A DNA stretch of 64,000 bases, from positions 68,262,001 through 68,326,000 of the forward strand of contig OX597818.1 of assembly GCA_951406725.2 (NCBI GenBank). Reading direction: 5' to 3'. Positions 25,651-39,767 of this stretch are shown in pieces (positions within the stretch are counted from its first letter, which is position 1; each line of letters opens with the position of its first letter). The DNA is from Octopus vulgaris. Taxonomy: Eukaryota. Both the position numbers and the translations under genes were made by a program. Under the pieces are notes generated by a model that worked only from the letters and a program-made list of their open reading frames with translations, was not told the origin of the DNA and searched no databases.

Positions 25651-26488
25651 AGTTCTAATAATTAATACTACTTCCTAGGTTTATGATTAGTGTCTAATCA
25701 AGAACTTGAATTGTTTAGTAAATTACAGGTGTTTTTTCCACACGTAAGATGTGAAAGAATGAACAGTGCTTGTGAGTTTCACAGGCCCTCTTTGACTGTT
25801 AAGGTCAATGCTATTAATTCTTGAAACTTTGTCCCTCAACGACTGTGAGAAAGATATGAGTAGGGGTTTGTAATGCCTGAGGGTTGATATTTTTTTGGAT
25901 GGAAACCATTGTTGTAGTAATAAGAGCAGGCGTTGGGGGGTGAGTGTGAGGAGAAGAGGAGAGCTGTGTGAAAGAGAAATGCCTAAGGTGAAGTGACACA
26001 AACCCAGTCAGCACTGAAGTGGGAGAGTTCATTATAGAAGTGGGGGGGGGAGAAAGAAAGAGTGCTTTACGATATCAGGGAGGTTTGGCTGGTGTTTCTA
26101 GAAGCTTAAACACTCTCTTACATGCTCCTTCATTGATTTGCAATGAACCAGTTGCATTCAGCAGTTTACTTCACTGATTCAGGGGAGTTCCAGAGAACCA
26201 TGAATCAAAATTTATCTTGCAGGAAATATGGTTATGAACCTCTCTCCCATTGAGGGATGAACTTATTTGACCAATTCATTTGACCAACTGACCTCTCAAC
26301 TCATTACAGTAACATGACTGAGTATTGAACCAACATGCATGCCTTCAATATCATTTTCAGGCCAAATCAACATGAGTCAGTGAACCTTATAATTGAGGAT
26401 TTAAAAACCAGGTCCATTTATCTGACAAGCTTCCTCAGTTTTCAAGGCTTGGGGCTTGGGATGACCAAAACTTATGACAAAAGTAATC

Positions 26489-26639
26489 CACATTATTTAC
26501 ATTATTTACATTTGGTGGATATTTGTCCTCATCTTGTTTGTTGTTAACACAACATTTCGGCTGATATACCCTCCAGCCTTCTTCAGGTGTCTTCGGGAAA
26601 TTTCAAACCTGGGTTCTCATTTGTAAGGTTTTCTTCAAC

Positions 26640-26671
<32 letters not shown>

Positions 26672-26852
26672 CATTATTACTATTATTATTCAGGTTACAA
26701 CCTGGAATTGAACTTGGAATTTTGGGGCTAGTAGCCTGTGCTCTTAACCACAACACCATAACAACAATAACAACAAACAAGATGAGGACAAATATCCGTC
26801 AAATGTAAATAAGGTAAATAATGTAAGTAACGTACATAGTTCCTCGTCTCCT
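26489..26852 (-). mobile_element. tRNA-head/(AAT)n/hammerhead element, copy B (minus unit + plus-oriented tail)
   Basis: Minus unit 26490-26760 with hammerhead at 26546-26591 (CTGAAGA...ggctg/cagcc...GAAA); inverted tail 26768-26852; flanked by aaaagtaatc at 26479 and 26853. Confidence 0.85.
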
Positions 26853-28079
26853 AAAAGTAATCAACTCCCGTCAGATGTGACACAAGACCTCATGGCTTTA
26901 AATGAAACTTCTTAACTAAGAGGCCATGTTTGTTCACTATTTTTATGTTATTTTTTAGTTTGAAAGGAAGAGAGTACCCACATTCTTAAACAGTGTATTC
27001 TCCAGCTGGGAGCCTGACCTTGAATGCTTGCAACAGGTCGGACTTTTCTAAAGGCAACCAGGGGTGGTGGCCAGATGGTTGTGTTCGTCCAAATGGAATT
27101 TACGTCTACTACTGCAGTTGGTTTGACAGGATTTGAACCCAAAAATGTAAATAACCATCAGAAAAACTCTCCAGCATCTAGATGAACATTCTTACTTTTG
27201 GTCATCGACATACTCATCATCATCATAATCGTCATCATCATCATTCAACACCCATTGTCCATATTGGCATGGGTCGGATGGTTTGACCAGGGCTGGCAAA
27301 TTGGTAGGTCTCAGTTTGGTATGTTTCTATTGGCCTTGATAAGGTCAATGGCTAATATGACCTCAGCAGGACTTAAACATGAAACACAGATTACCAATGA
27401 ATTTTTGTGGTGACCACTAGATAATGATTCTTAACTGGAATGGTAGTTAATTAGTGAGAATAGGGTTTAAAAGTTTGTAGCAGGGATTTGAAACTAAATC
27501 TCTGGATACATGGTCAGACACCATGAGCAAACCACAATGGCTTTGCATAATCAGTCTATTAAGCAAGCAACCAGCATCATGCCAGCTTCTAGAATCTTCT
27601 TCTTGCACCCTATAAAAGGCTTCTTTTGGCAGTAATTACTTGCAGAACGTTGAGGCAGCCAAGTGAGATGTGTGTCTCCATTCCTTACCACACCAGACAT
27701 CCCATGCTGCACATCACTCAAACAGTTGACCAAGAACCTCCCTCTCCACAAACATAGCACAATCACTTCCAGCCATGTTGGATAATCCACTCGTTGCCAT
27801 ATCAACAGCTTGCCATAAACTCCAAGCAGCATCTCTCCCCCAGTCTGTAATTATTGCTGTTTTTACCTGTAAAAGGCCAATGCAGTTTGTCTTTATGCAT
27901 GATAATAAAATCTTCTGTTAAATGTTCTCAGGTGTTGTTCAGGTAATTCTTCACGCAGCCCAAGAAACCTATTTCCATTCATCAACTTAACCAGTCACCA
28001 TCACAGATCAGCCAACCAACAACCAGGAGACAAGTTCAATGAAATGTTCCATTGGTTTATAATGGGAGCTCTATGCACA

Positions 28080-28124
<45 letters not shown>

Positions 28125-29541
28125 ACATGCATATATTTATGTGAGATGTTGGGTAGTTTTATTAACTTCTAGTCGTAAAGGAATACCTAAAACCTGAAAA
28201 ATGCTGATAAAAATCAATTAAATTAGAATTCACAGCTATGACCATTCCAAGCTTTGAATTTTTGTTTTTAGGAAATGAAAGATTTAGAAAATAAACCAAC
28301 CACTCATTATTTTAATCTTGTTGAAATTCACCTGCCCGAGACCACCTTTGGTTCTATATGTTACTAAACTCCTGTAGTTTGCCACAACAAATGTATTTAC
28401 AGCATGTAGTTGAGCTAAGGCTAACTCTTGAGCTCTAGGCAAGTTTTTAAATCCCATAATCCTCTTGGTTTATAGAAATATTATTAACATTGGGTATCTC
28501 AATCCATTTTCTCAATGAAAAATTAAAATCAAAATTACAATTAAAGTTAAAAACATATTTAAATTAAAACCTTTTCTTTATAAATTCATTTGAGAACCTT
28601 TTTGTTAAATAGTTGCAAGCATCAGTTAAATAATCGAAAAGTTTATTGTTTTCTAAATCCTTGTAAATTCTTAATTATTTTTCAAATTAAACGAAAGACA
28701 TTGCTTAGAAACATTCTCACAAAAGAATAAAAGAATTGTTTGAATTCATTGAGAATGGTTTTGTTACTACAATGAATATTTCAAGAACTGGTTTGTCGGT
28801 TCCTTCATTAAATCATATCCACGTTCCATATTTATACCTGCTTTCTCTTTTCTCTTCTTGTTTTTGGCTTATTTAGAGATAATGTACAAGTTTAGAACTG
28901 ACCAACGAATTGGCCATATCTAAAAATATTCATGCTTATTTATTATCTCAATCAGCTTCCAGAAAATTCTATATTTACTATTTAGTAAGCAGAAATTTTT
29001 CATTGAGAAAATGGATTCAGATTGCTGACCTTGGCAATATATCTATGACCCAAGAAGATTATGGGATTAATAACATCCATATTATTACAGTTCTGGAACT
29101 CATGAATTGGCCTTTGCTCACCTGCAAGCTATAAAAGCTTTTGTTTCTGGCAAAACGAATAGTATCTTACTTTCATTCCATTTAACTTGCTTCAATATTG
29201 CTTACAGAATTATATTTTAGTATTTCTGTTCTTTTAAACAGCTTAAAACCTTCTTATTAATCACTTTCTAACCGAACCAGTTGAGCAGTTAAGATATTGC
29301 AAAACATTTTCCCCTTGCTTCTTACAAGCATTTGCTAATGCACAAACATATGTATGGTACAGAGGAGACATGCAAACACACACACACACACACATATATA
29401 TATACCTGATCACATACATATACAGATATAGAAATATATACTTATATATTTACATATAAATATTTATATACACGTGTGTGCATGTGTATATATATAAGAC
29501 TGAGGTGGAAATGGCATAGAAGTCTATACACACACACACAC

Positions 29542-29598
<57 letters not shown>

Positions 29599-31184
29599 TA
29601 GACATATATATACATTTATATATATTTATATATATAGGTATATATACATATATATATATGTATGTGTATATAAATATATATACACACATGCACACGCACA
29701 CATACTCACAGACACTATTATTTATGGCTTTTTGTTTGTGCTTTAGGATATTCCAAAAAGAATTACTATGTGTGTGGGTGTGTGTGTGTAAAAGAGATTA
29801 AGAAAGGTTGCTAAAAGAAGGGTCTCATATCCACCCATGACATACACACCAATACACATTAAATACGTACGTCATATACACACACTATCACTCCATTGCA
29901 AACGAGTATCATAAATTCACTTTCATTTCCATTTCTTTTCCTCCTACTTCTCTTATTCCTTTTGCTTCGCATTGATAAAGATGTATTCACCCAAATTGTT
30001 AGATTAACTTGTATTCCTTTCATTTGGTATATTTATTATCAACGTATACATTCATATTTGTTGTACACATTCTTCAGTTGTTATTGCTTCTTTCATATTT
30101 CTGTATTTCGTGCATTGTGGTACCTCATTTGTCTACCTCCCCTCCTTTGTTTGTTCTGCAGTTTATTTGGATGCTTTATTTACATTCATACATATATGCA
30201 TATGAAAGGCATACGCGAATGCACGGGCACAGACACACACACACACATATATATACGTATACATACATATAAACATGCAAGATATTCAGGGTTTCTCCGT
30301 TTCAGTTTTCAGGAATGAACACATACACACACACACACACGTGCATGTACACACACAAACGTGCATGCACACATACACACACACACACACACACAGACAC
30401 ACACATGCACGTGCATGTGCATGTAACACACAAGCATGTGTAAAGAGTAATGAAACAAATATAATTGTATATACTGAAGAGGTACGCCAATGCATCGGAA
30501 GAGTGATGGCTGTTGCCATACACACACCTACTTATAGGCACAAACATATGCACACACATTCATTCATAAATATTATCGCCGAGAATATTGGGTTAAAAAG
30601 AACCCTTTGATGGGAAAACATTGAATGGTGTTTCTGACATTTTTCCGTTCAAGGGGTTTTAAACCCAATAATCTACAGGCTATTGTTTATGGATTTATGC
30701 AACAAACATACATGCATGCTTGCATGCATACTTGCATACATACACACATACATATATACACATATACATACAATGCTATCTGGAGAAGTTATTATCCTGG
30801 AATAAATAAAGAGAACCCCCTGTTATTGAATACGCACACAAATACCAGCACAAGGAATTCTGGTGGAACATTCCCATCAAAACATCTGTCAAGTGCAGAC
30901 ATAACAGGTTGGATACTGTTGTTTAGGACAGACAAAATGGAATATGTACTGTCGTAGGGGTCAGATGTCCTGCTGCTGTAAATATGTCTTTGATTTTCAA
31001 AGAGAAAGAAGATAACAATGGTTAATGCTTCAAAACCTCTAACTTCTCTACCCTGATTATAAATTTATATTTATACCAATAATAATTTGTGCACTTGGAT
31101 TTGTAAGGAAATACCAAAGAGACAATATGGGTTAGTGAGGATTTTCAGAAAAAGAAATCTACTGGCTAAATTGCACGTTACATA

Positions 31185-32077
31185 TACAAGGAAGAGTCAA
31201 ACATTATATGCATTCTTGTTTTTTCAATGTATTTACACAAAAGCATCAGATAAACAAGTCAGTCATTTTTCTATACAGTTTCCTTCCTTTTCAATGCACT
31301 TGGTCCAGTGGTCCACAAGCTTGCATCTTCCCGCCAAGAAAAAGGTTTTCAGTTCGTCGTGCAACCATTTATGCACCACTTTCTTCACATCTTCATCCGT
31401 TGGAAATCAACAACCTCATAAACTATCTTTGAGCAGTCAAGAGATGTGATAGTTGAAAGGAGCAAGATCTGGGCTGTAGGCAGGGTGTTCCAGCACCTCA
31501 AAACTCAATTGGTTAATGGTTTCAATGGTCTGAATGGCATCGTGTGCACATGCATTGTCATGCAGCAACAATACTTTCTTTGACAATTTGGTGCAAACTG
31601 CTGGCTTCAGCTTTTTGGGCCAGGAAAACACTGTATCTTGTACTGTTGATCGTTCAATCCTTTTCCAAGTAGTCTTCCAGTATAGGCCCTTTTCAGTTCC
31701 CAAAAATGGTTAGCATCACCTTTCCCACAGAAAACTGAGTGCTGAATTTCTTCGTCGCTAGCAAGCCATGTATGTATTTTCCATTCTATTCTCTGTCTTT
31801 TTGATTCTACCGCATAATGATATAGACTCACGCTTCATCTCCTGTGACTATTCTGCTCAAAGTTGCACCCTTTGTTCTTTGTTCTTCTGTGGTGCACATT
31901 GCCAGTGGAGTGGTCATGTTTACACTGTAAAGTCACAAAGAAAATGGTATGATCAGGCTCAAACATCAATCATGTGACCACAATAGTACCAACGATAAGC
32001 ACACATGCACAGAAGGCCGTGTGATGGTGATAAAGATAGGTTATGGCAAAAGTGTGGATACTTTTTGACTTCTCATA
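31185..32077 (-). mobile_element. Decayed mariner transposon
   Basis: VLLLHDNACAH...FEVLEHPAYSPDLAP (mariner DDD motifs); degenerate TIRs tacaaggaagagtcaa / ttgacttctcata. Confidence 0.9.
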
Positions 32078-32120
32078 CAATCTGTAAGTGGAACAGTAAA
32101 AATCTGTAAGATGTTTCTCA

Positions 32121-32299
32121 ACATTATTTACATTATTTACATTTGATGGATGTTTGAACTTGTTTGTTGTTAACACAAGTTTCAGCTGATATACCGTCCA
32201 GCCTTCATCAGGTGTCTTTGGGGAAATTTCAAACCTGGATTCTCATTCCTAAGGTATTTTTGGATGCCATCATCGTCATCATCATCATCATCATCATCA

Positions 32300-32332
<33 letters not shown>

Positions 32333-32522
32333 GTAGTAGTAGTAGTAATATTACTACACTCTCTGAGTTGTTGGCATTAGGAAGGGCATCCAGCTGTAGA
32401 AACTCTGCCAGATCAGACTGGAGCCTGGTGCAGCCATCTGGCTCGCCAGTCCTCAGTCAAATTGTCCAACCCATGCCAGCATGAAAGCGGATGTTAAACG
32501 ATAATAATAATAATAATAATAA

Positions 32523-32559
<37 letters not shown>

Positions 32560-32630
32560 TATTCAGGTCACTGCCTGGAATCGAACTCGGAATCTTGGGG
32601 TTAGTAGTCCACACTCTTCACCACTATGCC
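32121..32630 (-). mobile_element. tRNA-head/(AAT)n/hammerhead element, copy C, interrupted by an RTE tail
   Basis: Hammerhead 32172-32216 (CTGATGA core on minus); head 32560-32630; RTE tail inserted at ~32353-32500 within the microsatellite. Confidence 0.8.
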
Positions 32631-33039
32631 AAGTTTAAAATGACATTATTTTTGTCATCTACTTTCCGTGATGGAGTTTTGTATATTTGTTAGAAGCCAA
32701 CTCCTTCTTCAGAGGAAGAATTTAAATCATTAAAATCAGAAGAGAACACACGCATATACATGCATGCATAATACATACATACATGCATACACACGTATAT
32801 ACATGCATACATGCATGACGGCTGTCTACTTAAAAGAAATGTATGACCGTCACTGATAGGTGAGTGTCAGCAAAGCGCCATGCAAGTGTTTAGCATGTAC
32901 AACATCACAATGACTTTCAACATTGATACCAAGAGGCCCAGATGCAAGCAAAGTGCAAGACATCCAGCTACAGCGTCACCCAGCAAAGGTAGCCTCAAAC
33001 AAAAGCAGTACAAATATCAGTAACATCAATGCCAAAACA

Positions 33040-33190
33040 GGAACACACACAAAAATTTATGTCGGATATTGTGAATCCAAATTTGAAATTCGCCTGAACA
33101 ACCACAGATCTTTCAGGGTCCCAGAGAGATGCAATGCAACGACACTTGCATGGCACCTAAAGAACGAGCATACCTATGGCACCTAAAGAA
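33040..33190 (+). pseudogene. Penelope-like element GIY-YIG endonuclease fragment
   Basis: KIYVGYCESKFEIRLNNHRSF...NATTLAWHLK resembles the PLE motif Y(I/V)G.T...FK.R...H..SF...T.LS..IW.LK. Confidence 0.7.
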
Positions 33191-33193
33191 CTT

Positions 33194-34850
33194 ATATTTA
33201 TATAAGTTTCTGTACCAACCCAATATATATTTATAGTTAATTAGTAAATAGTAATTTATTGGTATTAATGAGTTAAATTAAAGGAATATGTTAAAAATTT
33301 CATATATTTTCTATATGCTAATAATCTTAGAATATATTTCTTGTATTATAAAATAGAGAGTGAAATATATCAGTATGGTTCTGTATAGGTTGAGCGTGAA
33401 CTCTATAGAAATGTATTATCAATAAAATGATATAGCGGGTAAATAAGTAAGAAAAAAAAGCCGTTTAAGATTAAAGTAAAGGAATTTAAATGACTATTTT
33501 GAAAAATAAATATAAATCATTTTAGAATATTATAGATAAGGGGTAGAATAGATTTGTGTTCTAAAAACTTATAAAAAATACCTAGCATATTCACATTAAT
33601 AGGTGGGGTAAGTTGTTATAAGAAATTCTCTTATAATTTTATAATTTTTAGGCTAAAATTTATATTTACTTATCATGGGAATTATCATAAAAAGAAATTG
33701 TTATTGGGCAAAAGTTATAATATTAATAAAACTTATATAAAATTTTGGGTTCTATTATAGATTTAAGAAAATGCTATTATTAATCTTTATATGATAATTT
33801 ATAATTATTAATTGGTACTTAAAGACTGTTATTTACTTATTTATTTATAAATAAGTAAAGACCATTTTATAAGTACCAATTCATAAAGCTTTCTAATACA
33901 TACAAAGATCATGAGGGTAGAGTTGTTTTAGAGAAATAGAAACCAAGTAACTTAGATATTATTATCCATTCTTTATCAGGTTTTGAATATTAATTTAGGG
34001 GATTTAGAAGATCTTTTTATGAGATTCCCAGTAAATAAGGCACTAATTGACTTACATACCAAAATCTTTAAAATACAATGGAAGGGAGGTAACCAAAATG
34101 TAAGTTACTAAAAATAGAAATATTTAAATTTTGTATTAAGAGTGACGTGTAGTTATATGGGCTATAATAATTTAAGCTTATCAGAGGTAATATTATTAAT
34201 ATTGAAAAAGGATTAGGTGGAGTAGAATTCTCGCAGGAATAGATATGGAAATTACCAAATTTTTAAAACCTATTGTGGATTAAGTATACAACTTAATAAC
34301 TTCATTAGATATATAGAGTTTATGTAATAATTATAGAAATTTAAAAAAACATTTATTCAACTTTATTCAATTTGCTTATGTTACTAAATTTCTTAATAAC
34401 TATTGTATACCTATAAAATTAAAAGAGAATTTCTTATAACAACTTACCTCACCTATTAATATGAATAAGCTAGGTATTTTTTATAATAAGTTTTTAGAAC
34501 ACAAATCTAGTCTACCCCTTATCTATAATATTCTAAAATAATTTATATTTATTTTTCAAAATAGTCATTTAAATTCCTTTACTTTAATCTTAAACGGCTT
34601 TTTTTCTTACTTATTTACCCGCTATATCATTTTATTGATAATACATTTCTATAGAGTTCACACTCAACCTATACAGAACCATACTGATATATTTCACTCT
34701 CTATTTTATAATACAAGAAATATGTTCTAAGATTATTAGCATATAGAAAATATATGAAATTTTTAACATATTCCTTTAATTTAACCAAAAATTACTATTT
34801 GATTATTAACTATAAATATATGTTAAGTTAGTATAGAAATATATAGATAT
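33194..34850 (+). mobile_element. Palindromic DNA-transposon relic with ~450-bp TIRs, probably Merlin (IS1595/ISXO2-like), highly AT-eroded
   Basis: 33194-33643 is the reverse complement of 34412-34850 (certain); the interior holds eroded VQIDE-, KYH.GRV-, HTQ.IE..W- and EF.WR-like motifs in the expected order (less certain). Confidence 0.55.
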
Positions 34851-34859
34851 GGAATTATT

Positions 34860-35512
34860 TCTATATTCTCCATCCCTCTATTGTGTAAAATACTGAAAAT
34901 ATTCTGACTTCTTGTGAAAAAAACTCTCTAAAATGTACCTATATATTTCGAATTATCATTGGGGTTATGGCTGCCAAATAGTTAAGTATTATAAGTTTTA
35001 TTCTCCCTTCCCCCATCAGCTTTAGTCTGCAAATTTTGGCTAAAACATATTCTTACTGAACCCCAATGGTTTCTACTTCAAAGGGATCTTAATTTATGAC
35101 TTTGCCACTTAAACTGACTTTTTACTCTATCCATAAAAGATAGATTCTAGTTTCTATTAGACTTGATAAACTAGTCAATAAAATTACCTCCCTCCCCCCA
35201 TTAGTAAATCTAAATAACAAACTAAAACCAATGCTAAGCAGTGTCTTCCTGTGAAAAAATCTCAGTTACAACTATGATGTTGTTGAGGAAACATGTTCTT
35301 TGTCTATCTACTTATCCTCTTTGTGATTTTGGATAAGAAAACTATACAAATGAATCCTTCAACAAACTGAGTATGCCTTGAGGTTTCCAGACATGAGTTC
35401 TACTCACATATCAAGTTTCATCAAAATCGATAAAACGATGTAGGAGGAGTTAGCTAGCAAATCAACAAAGACACCCAGAGACAGAATTTCCCACATACGT
35501 TGGATACAGATA
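34860..35512 (+). mobile_element. Possible non-autonomous Helitron/Helentron-like relic
   Basis: 3' region atcaagtttcatcaaaatcgat...taggaggagttag...acag...acagat resembles HINE/DINE-type ends. Confidence 0.35.
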
Positions 35513-35551
35513 TATTTGCTTACCAATCACATCGTTCCAGGTTCAGTCCCC

Positions 35552-35586
<35 letters not shown>

Positions 35587-37901
35587 GATGTACTTGCATA
35601 GTAAATGCCCTGATCTGAGATCGTGTGCTGGAACGAAAACAATTGCAGCATGGAAGTTGTTTATAAACCATTTAAGAAACACACAACAACCGTTAGATAC
35701 ATTTCAACATTTAAATTTAATTTGCCAAAATATTTTCATCGCTTTGAGACTGCAACCTGCTCACTGTCAAAATTCCTTGTGTGTATGTATGAATATATAT
35801 ATATATATATATATACACATAAGTACACAAACAGACACAGACACACACACATACACACATATTTAAAAGTACATGTTTCAATGTCTATGCAAGACGTTGC
35901 ACATGTGCATTCACCAGTTCACATATGCTGCTGCTGCTGCTAGCAACGAATGGAAGCGGCCATAACTGCATAGCACAGAGTATATTATTATTCCACTTTT
36001 CACCATAATAGTAACTATTGGTGCTGAGATGACAGAGAGAGAGAGAGAGAGAGAGAGCTCTTACGAGATCTTCATCAATGTAAAACTGTGAAATAAAATA
36101 AAGAGGAAGAGAGACAGCGAGGAAGAGAGAGAAGGAGATAGTGGGAAAGAGAGTTAGAAATCACAATATTGTTTTCCACCTCTTCTTCTTCTTCTTCTTC
36201 TTCTTCTTCTTCTTCTTCTTCTTCCGTTGCCGTTTCTTTATAAGTTTGCAGCTTGAAGTTAAGGACATAACCAGTCAGTTGATGTCAGTTAGGGGATTTC
36301 GTGTCCATTTTTCATGCGATCGTTCTTGAATACTCTACAATGTTTCATTTTCACCACAGACTTTCAGATCATTGGAGCGGAACATCTACTTTTTCACTGC
36401 TTTGCAAATCGAATTCCTCACAAGCGCCATTATATCAGAATCTTTGAATATTATTACTTTCGGTAAGGCAAAGATCTCAATTCTTATCCTGTGCAACAAA
36501 TCTACTTGGAAATTCCTCAGCTGATTAGTTCTACAGTAAAGCTGAAGAATAAGAACAAAAGCCACCGTTGAGTCTAATGCTTCTTCCTCCGTTCCTACCT
36601 CGCCATTCCTCACTAAACCTTGCCTTGTTTCGTTCACATGAATAATTACTCATGCCAAAAGAAGTTTTTGGTTTTAGTTCCTTTAACTACTAACATTGAG
36701 TTAGTTTCTTTCAGACATGATAGTTAAAAGTGTTAACGCAGCTATTTATGATTACCATCTGTATGTGTGTGGGTGTGTGTGTGTGTGTGAGTGTGTGAGT
36801 GTATGTGAGTGTGTGTGAGTGTGTGTGTATTTGTGTGTGTGTATTTGTGTGCATGTGAGTGTATATTTATGTGTGTGAGTGTGTGTGTGTATTTGTGTGT
36901 ATTTGTGTGTGAGAGTGTGTGTGGTGTGTGTCTGAGTATGTGTATTTGTGTTCATGTGAGATTGTGTGTGTATGAGTGTGTATGTTTTAGTGTGTGTGAG
37001 TCAGTGCATGTGTGAGTGTTTCTTTTTATGTTTGCCTCTGTAGAATTATGTATGCGTGCATGTGGAGAATATACATACACACACACACACACACATCATA
37101 ATTATATGTGCCTCCAAGCAAACACACATGAACACTTACGTATGTTATTAAATATATTTACATATATAGTTAGATGATAGATAGATACACACACATACAC
37201 AAATATATGTGTGTGTGTGCGCATGTTCTCTATTTGTGAAAGAGGGTGCATCTGTAGGTGTGTGTCTGTATATATGTGTATATATGTATCAGTACAGCAC
37301 AACACATTTGTGATCATGTACTTCATATGTTCATTTCACAAACAAGAGGCTGCAGGTTCAATTCCTATGTGGGATATCTTGGGATTAGTCTCATACCACA
37401 ACCTTCAGCTGAATCAAGCATTGTGATTCAAAATAGAACCATGCTCTCTGCAGCAGTCTGTCAGATGGGCTGTACCAGTGATACGCTGAGGCAGCTTTAT
37501 CACATGTAAAGTCATAATGATTCTGCACGAGAATTGCATTTAGATTAAATATTGCTGAGGAATATTCAGCCACATTAACGAGTTCGCTTAAACAAACATT
37601 AAACAATATACGTCATTGAAACTGACGGATATCTGTTTACTTTCCATGTATGTGGGTGTAACCACATGTGATGAAGCTATGTATGCAGATATGTGTGTCT
37701 GTGTGAGCGAACCATATCACATATATTATATATTATATATATTATAATGGTACATTTGCACATGATGCAGGTAGACATACACACACCTACACATACACAC
37801 ACACACACATGCATATATAAAATGTATGTATGAATATATATATGTGTGTGTATGTATAAATTATATATATATACATTATACACACATACACATATAAATA
37901 A

Positions 37902-38115
37902 ATACTTTTCTACTCTAAGCACAAGGCCCGGAATTTTGGAGGAAGAGGCCAGTTGACTAGATCGACCCCAGTACGGAACCGGTACTTAATTTATCAACTC
38001 CAAAAGGATGAAAGGCAAAGTCAACCTTGGGGGAATTTGAACTCAGAATGTAAAGACAGAGGAAATGCCAATAAACATTTCACCCGGCCTGCTAACGATT
38101 CTGACAGCTTGCCTT
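37902..38115 (-). mobile_element. Meta-domain SINE
   Basis: ggtacttaatttatc...aaaggatgaaaggcaaagtcaacc...aatttgaactcagaa. Confidence 0.85.
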
Positions 38116-38177
38116 ATATATACATATATACATATATAAAGATATACATACATATATATATATATATATATAAAGAT

Positions 38178-38264
<87 letters not shown>

Positions 38265-38383
38265 AAAATGTACTTATATGTGTGTATGCATATGTATATA
38301 TATGTATATATATAGATAGATAGATATGTATGTGTATTTATATATATATATATATATATTTATATATGTATATATTTACACAC

Positions 38384-39036
38384 ACACACACAAACATACA
38401 TATACATGTACATACATACATACATACATACATACATACATACACATTTACTTATGTTTGAAAGAGAGACTGAATGAAAAGGTTTTGAACCAAAAGTAAT
38501 CTAAACATGTATGCTGCTGCTGTTGCTGCTGCTGCCTCTATTCCTGCTGCTGCCATGGCTGCTGATGCTGCTCCTGGTCACTGTTTTACCTTGTTCAGAT
38601 TCTGTCATTATTTATCGCATCACTTGTGGCAGTTATGTCTGGGAGAGTTTTACTGCGCAGTTCCTCGTTTCTCCTCACACTTCTCCAGCCTCTTCTCCAC
38701 CACATTTCATGGACTTTGGATGTCAATCATTATTAAGAACTGGAACCAGTCTTTATAGGAGTTGGAATGGTTTTATTTTGGTTAATGATAATAATGATGA
38801 TGAAACCAATGACAACGAGGATGATGGTGATAATGATGATGATGGTGATGATGATGATGAGGGTGGTGCTGGTGCTGGTGTTAGTGGTGTTTGTGGTGGT
38901 GGTTGCACTTGTGGTGGTGGCCATGGTGTTGGTGGTGTTTATAGTGGTAGTGGTAGTCGTGGTAGTTGCAGCTGCTGGAATTCACTATTGCAGTGACACA
39001 TAATGCTAATGATGATGATGATGGTAATCATGATGC

Positions 39037-39076
<40 letters not shown>

Positions 39077-39727
39077 CATAAACACACACAAACATACATA
39101 TACATGTACATACATACATACATACATACATACATACACATTTACTTATGTTTGAAAGAGAGACTGAATGAAAAGGTTTTGAACCAAAAGTAATCTAAAC
39201 ATGTATGCTGCTGCTGTTGCTGCTGCTGCCTCTATTCCTGCTGCTGCCATGGCTGCTGATGCTGCTCCTGGTCACTGTTTTACCTTGTTCAGATTCTGTC
39301 ATTATTTATCGCATCACTTGTGGCAGTTATGTCTGGGAGAGTTTTACTGCGCAGTTCCTCGTTTCTCCTCACACTTCTCCAGCCTCTTCTCCACCACATT
39401 TCATGGACTTTGGATGTCAATCATTATTAAGAACTGGAACCAGTCTTTATAGGAGTTGGAATGGTTTTATTTTGGTTAATGATAATAATGATGATGAAAC
39501 CAATGACAACGAGGATGATGGTGATAATGATGATGATGATGATGATGATGAGGGTGGTGCTGGTGCTGGTGTTAGTGGTGTTTGTGGTGGTGGTTGCACT
39601 TGTGGTGGTGGCCATGGTGTTGGTGGTGTTTATAGTGGTAGTAGTAGTCGTGGTAGTTGCAGCTGCTGGAATTCACTATTGCAGTGACACATAATGCTAA
39701 TGATGATGATGATGGTAATCATGATGC

Positions 39728-39767
<40 letters not shown>

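Noticed and set aside
27551-27870. Exon-like segment with acceptor and donor signals on the minus strand
   Set aside because: The frame following the acceptor hits a stop before the donor, and the product is unrecognisable
33194-34850. Mitochondrial insertion (NUMT) suggested by the extreme AT content
   Set aside because: No recognisable mitochondrial gene, rRNA or tRNA motifs; long TIRs favour a transposon
36386-36637. 83-aa minus ORF next to (GA)n/(TTC)n tracts
   Set aside because: Non-ATG start, no recognisable motif or clear splice sites; may be UTR/promoter-like but is unsupported
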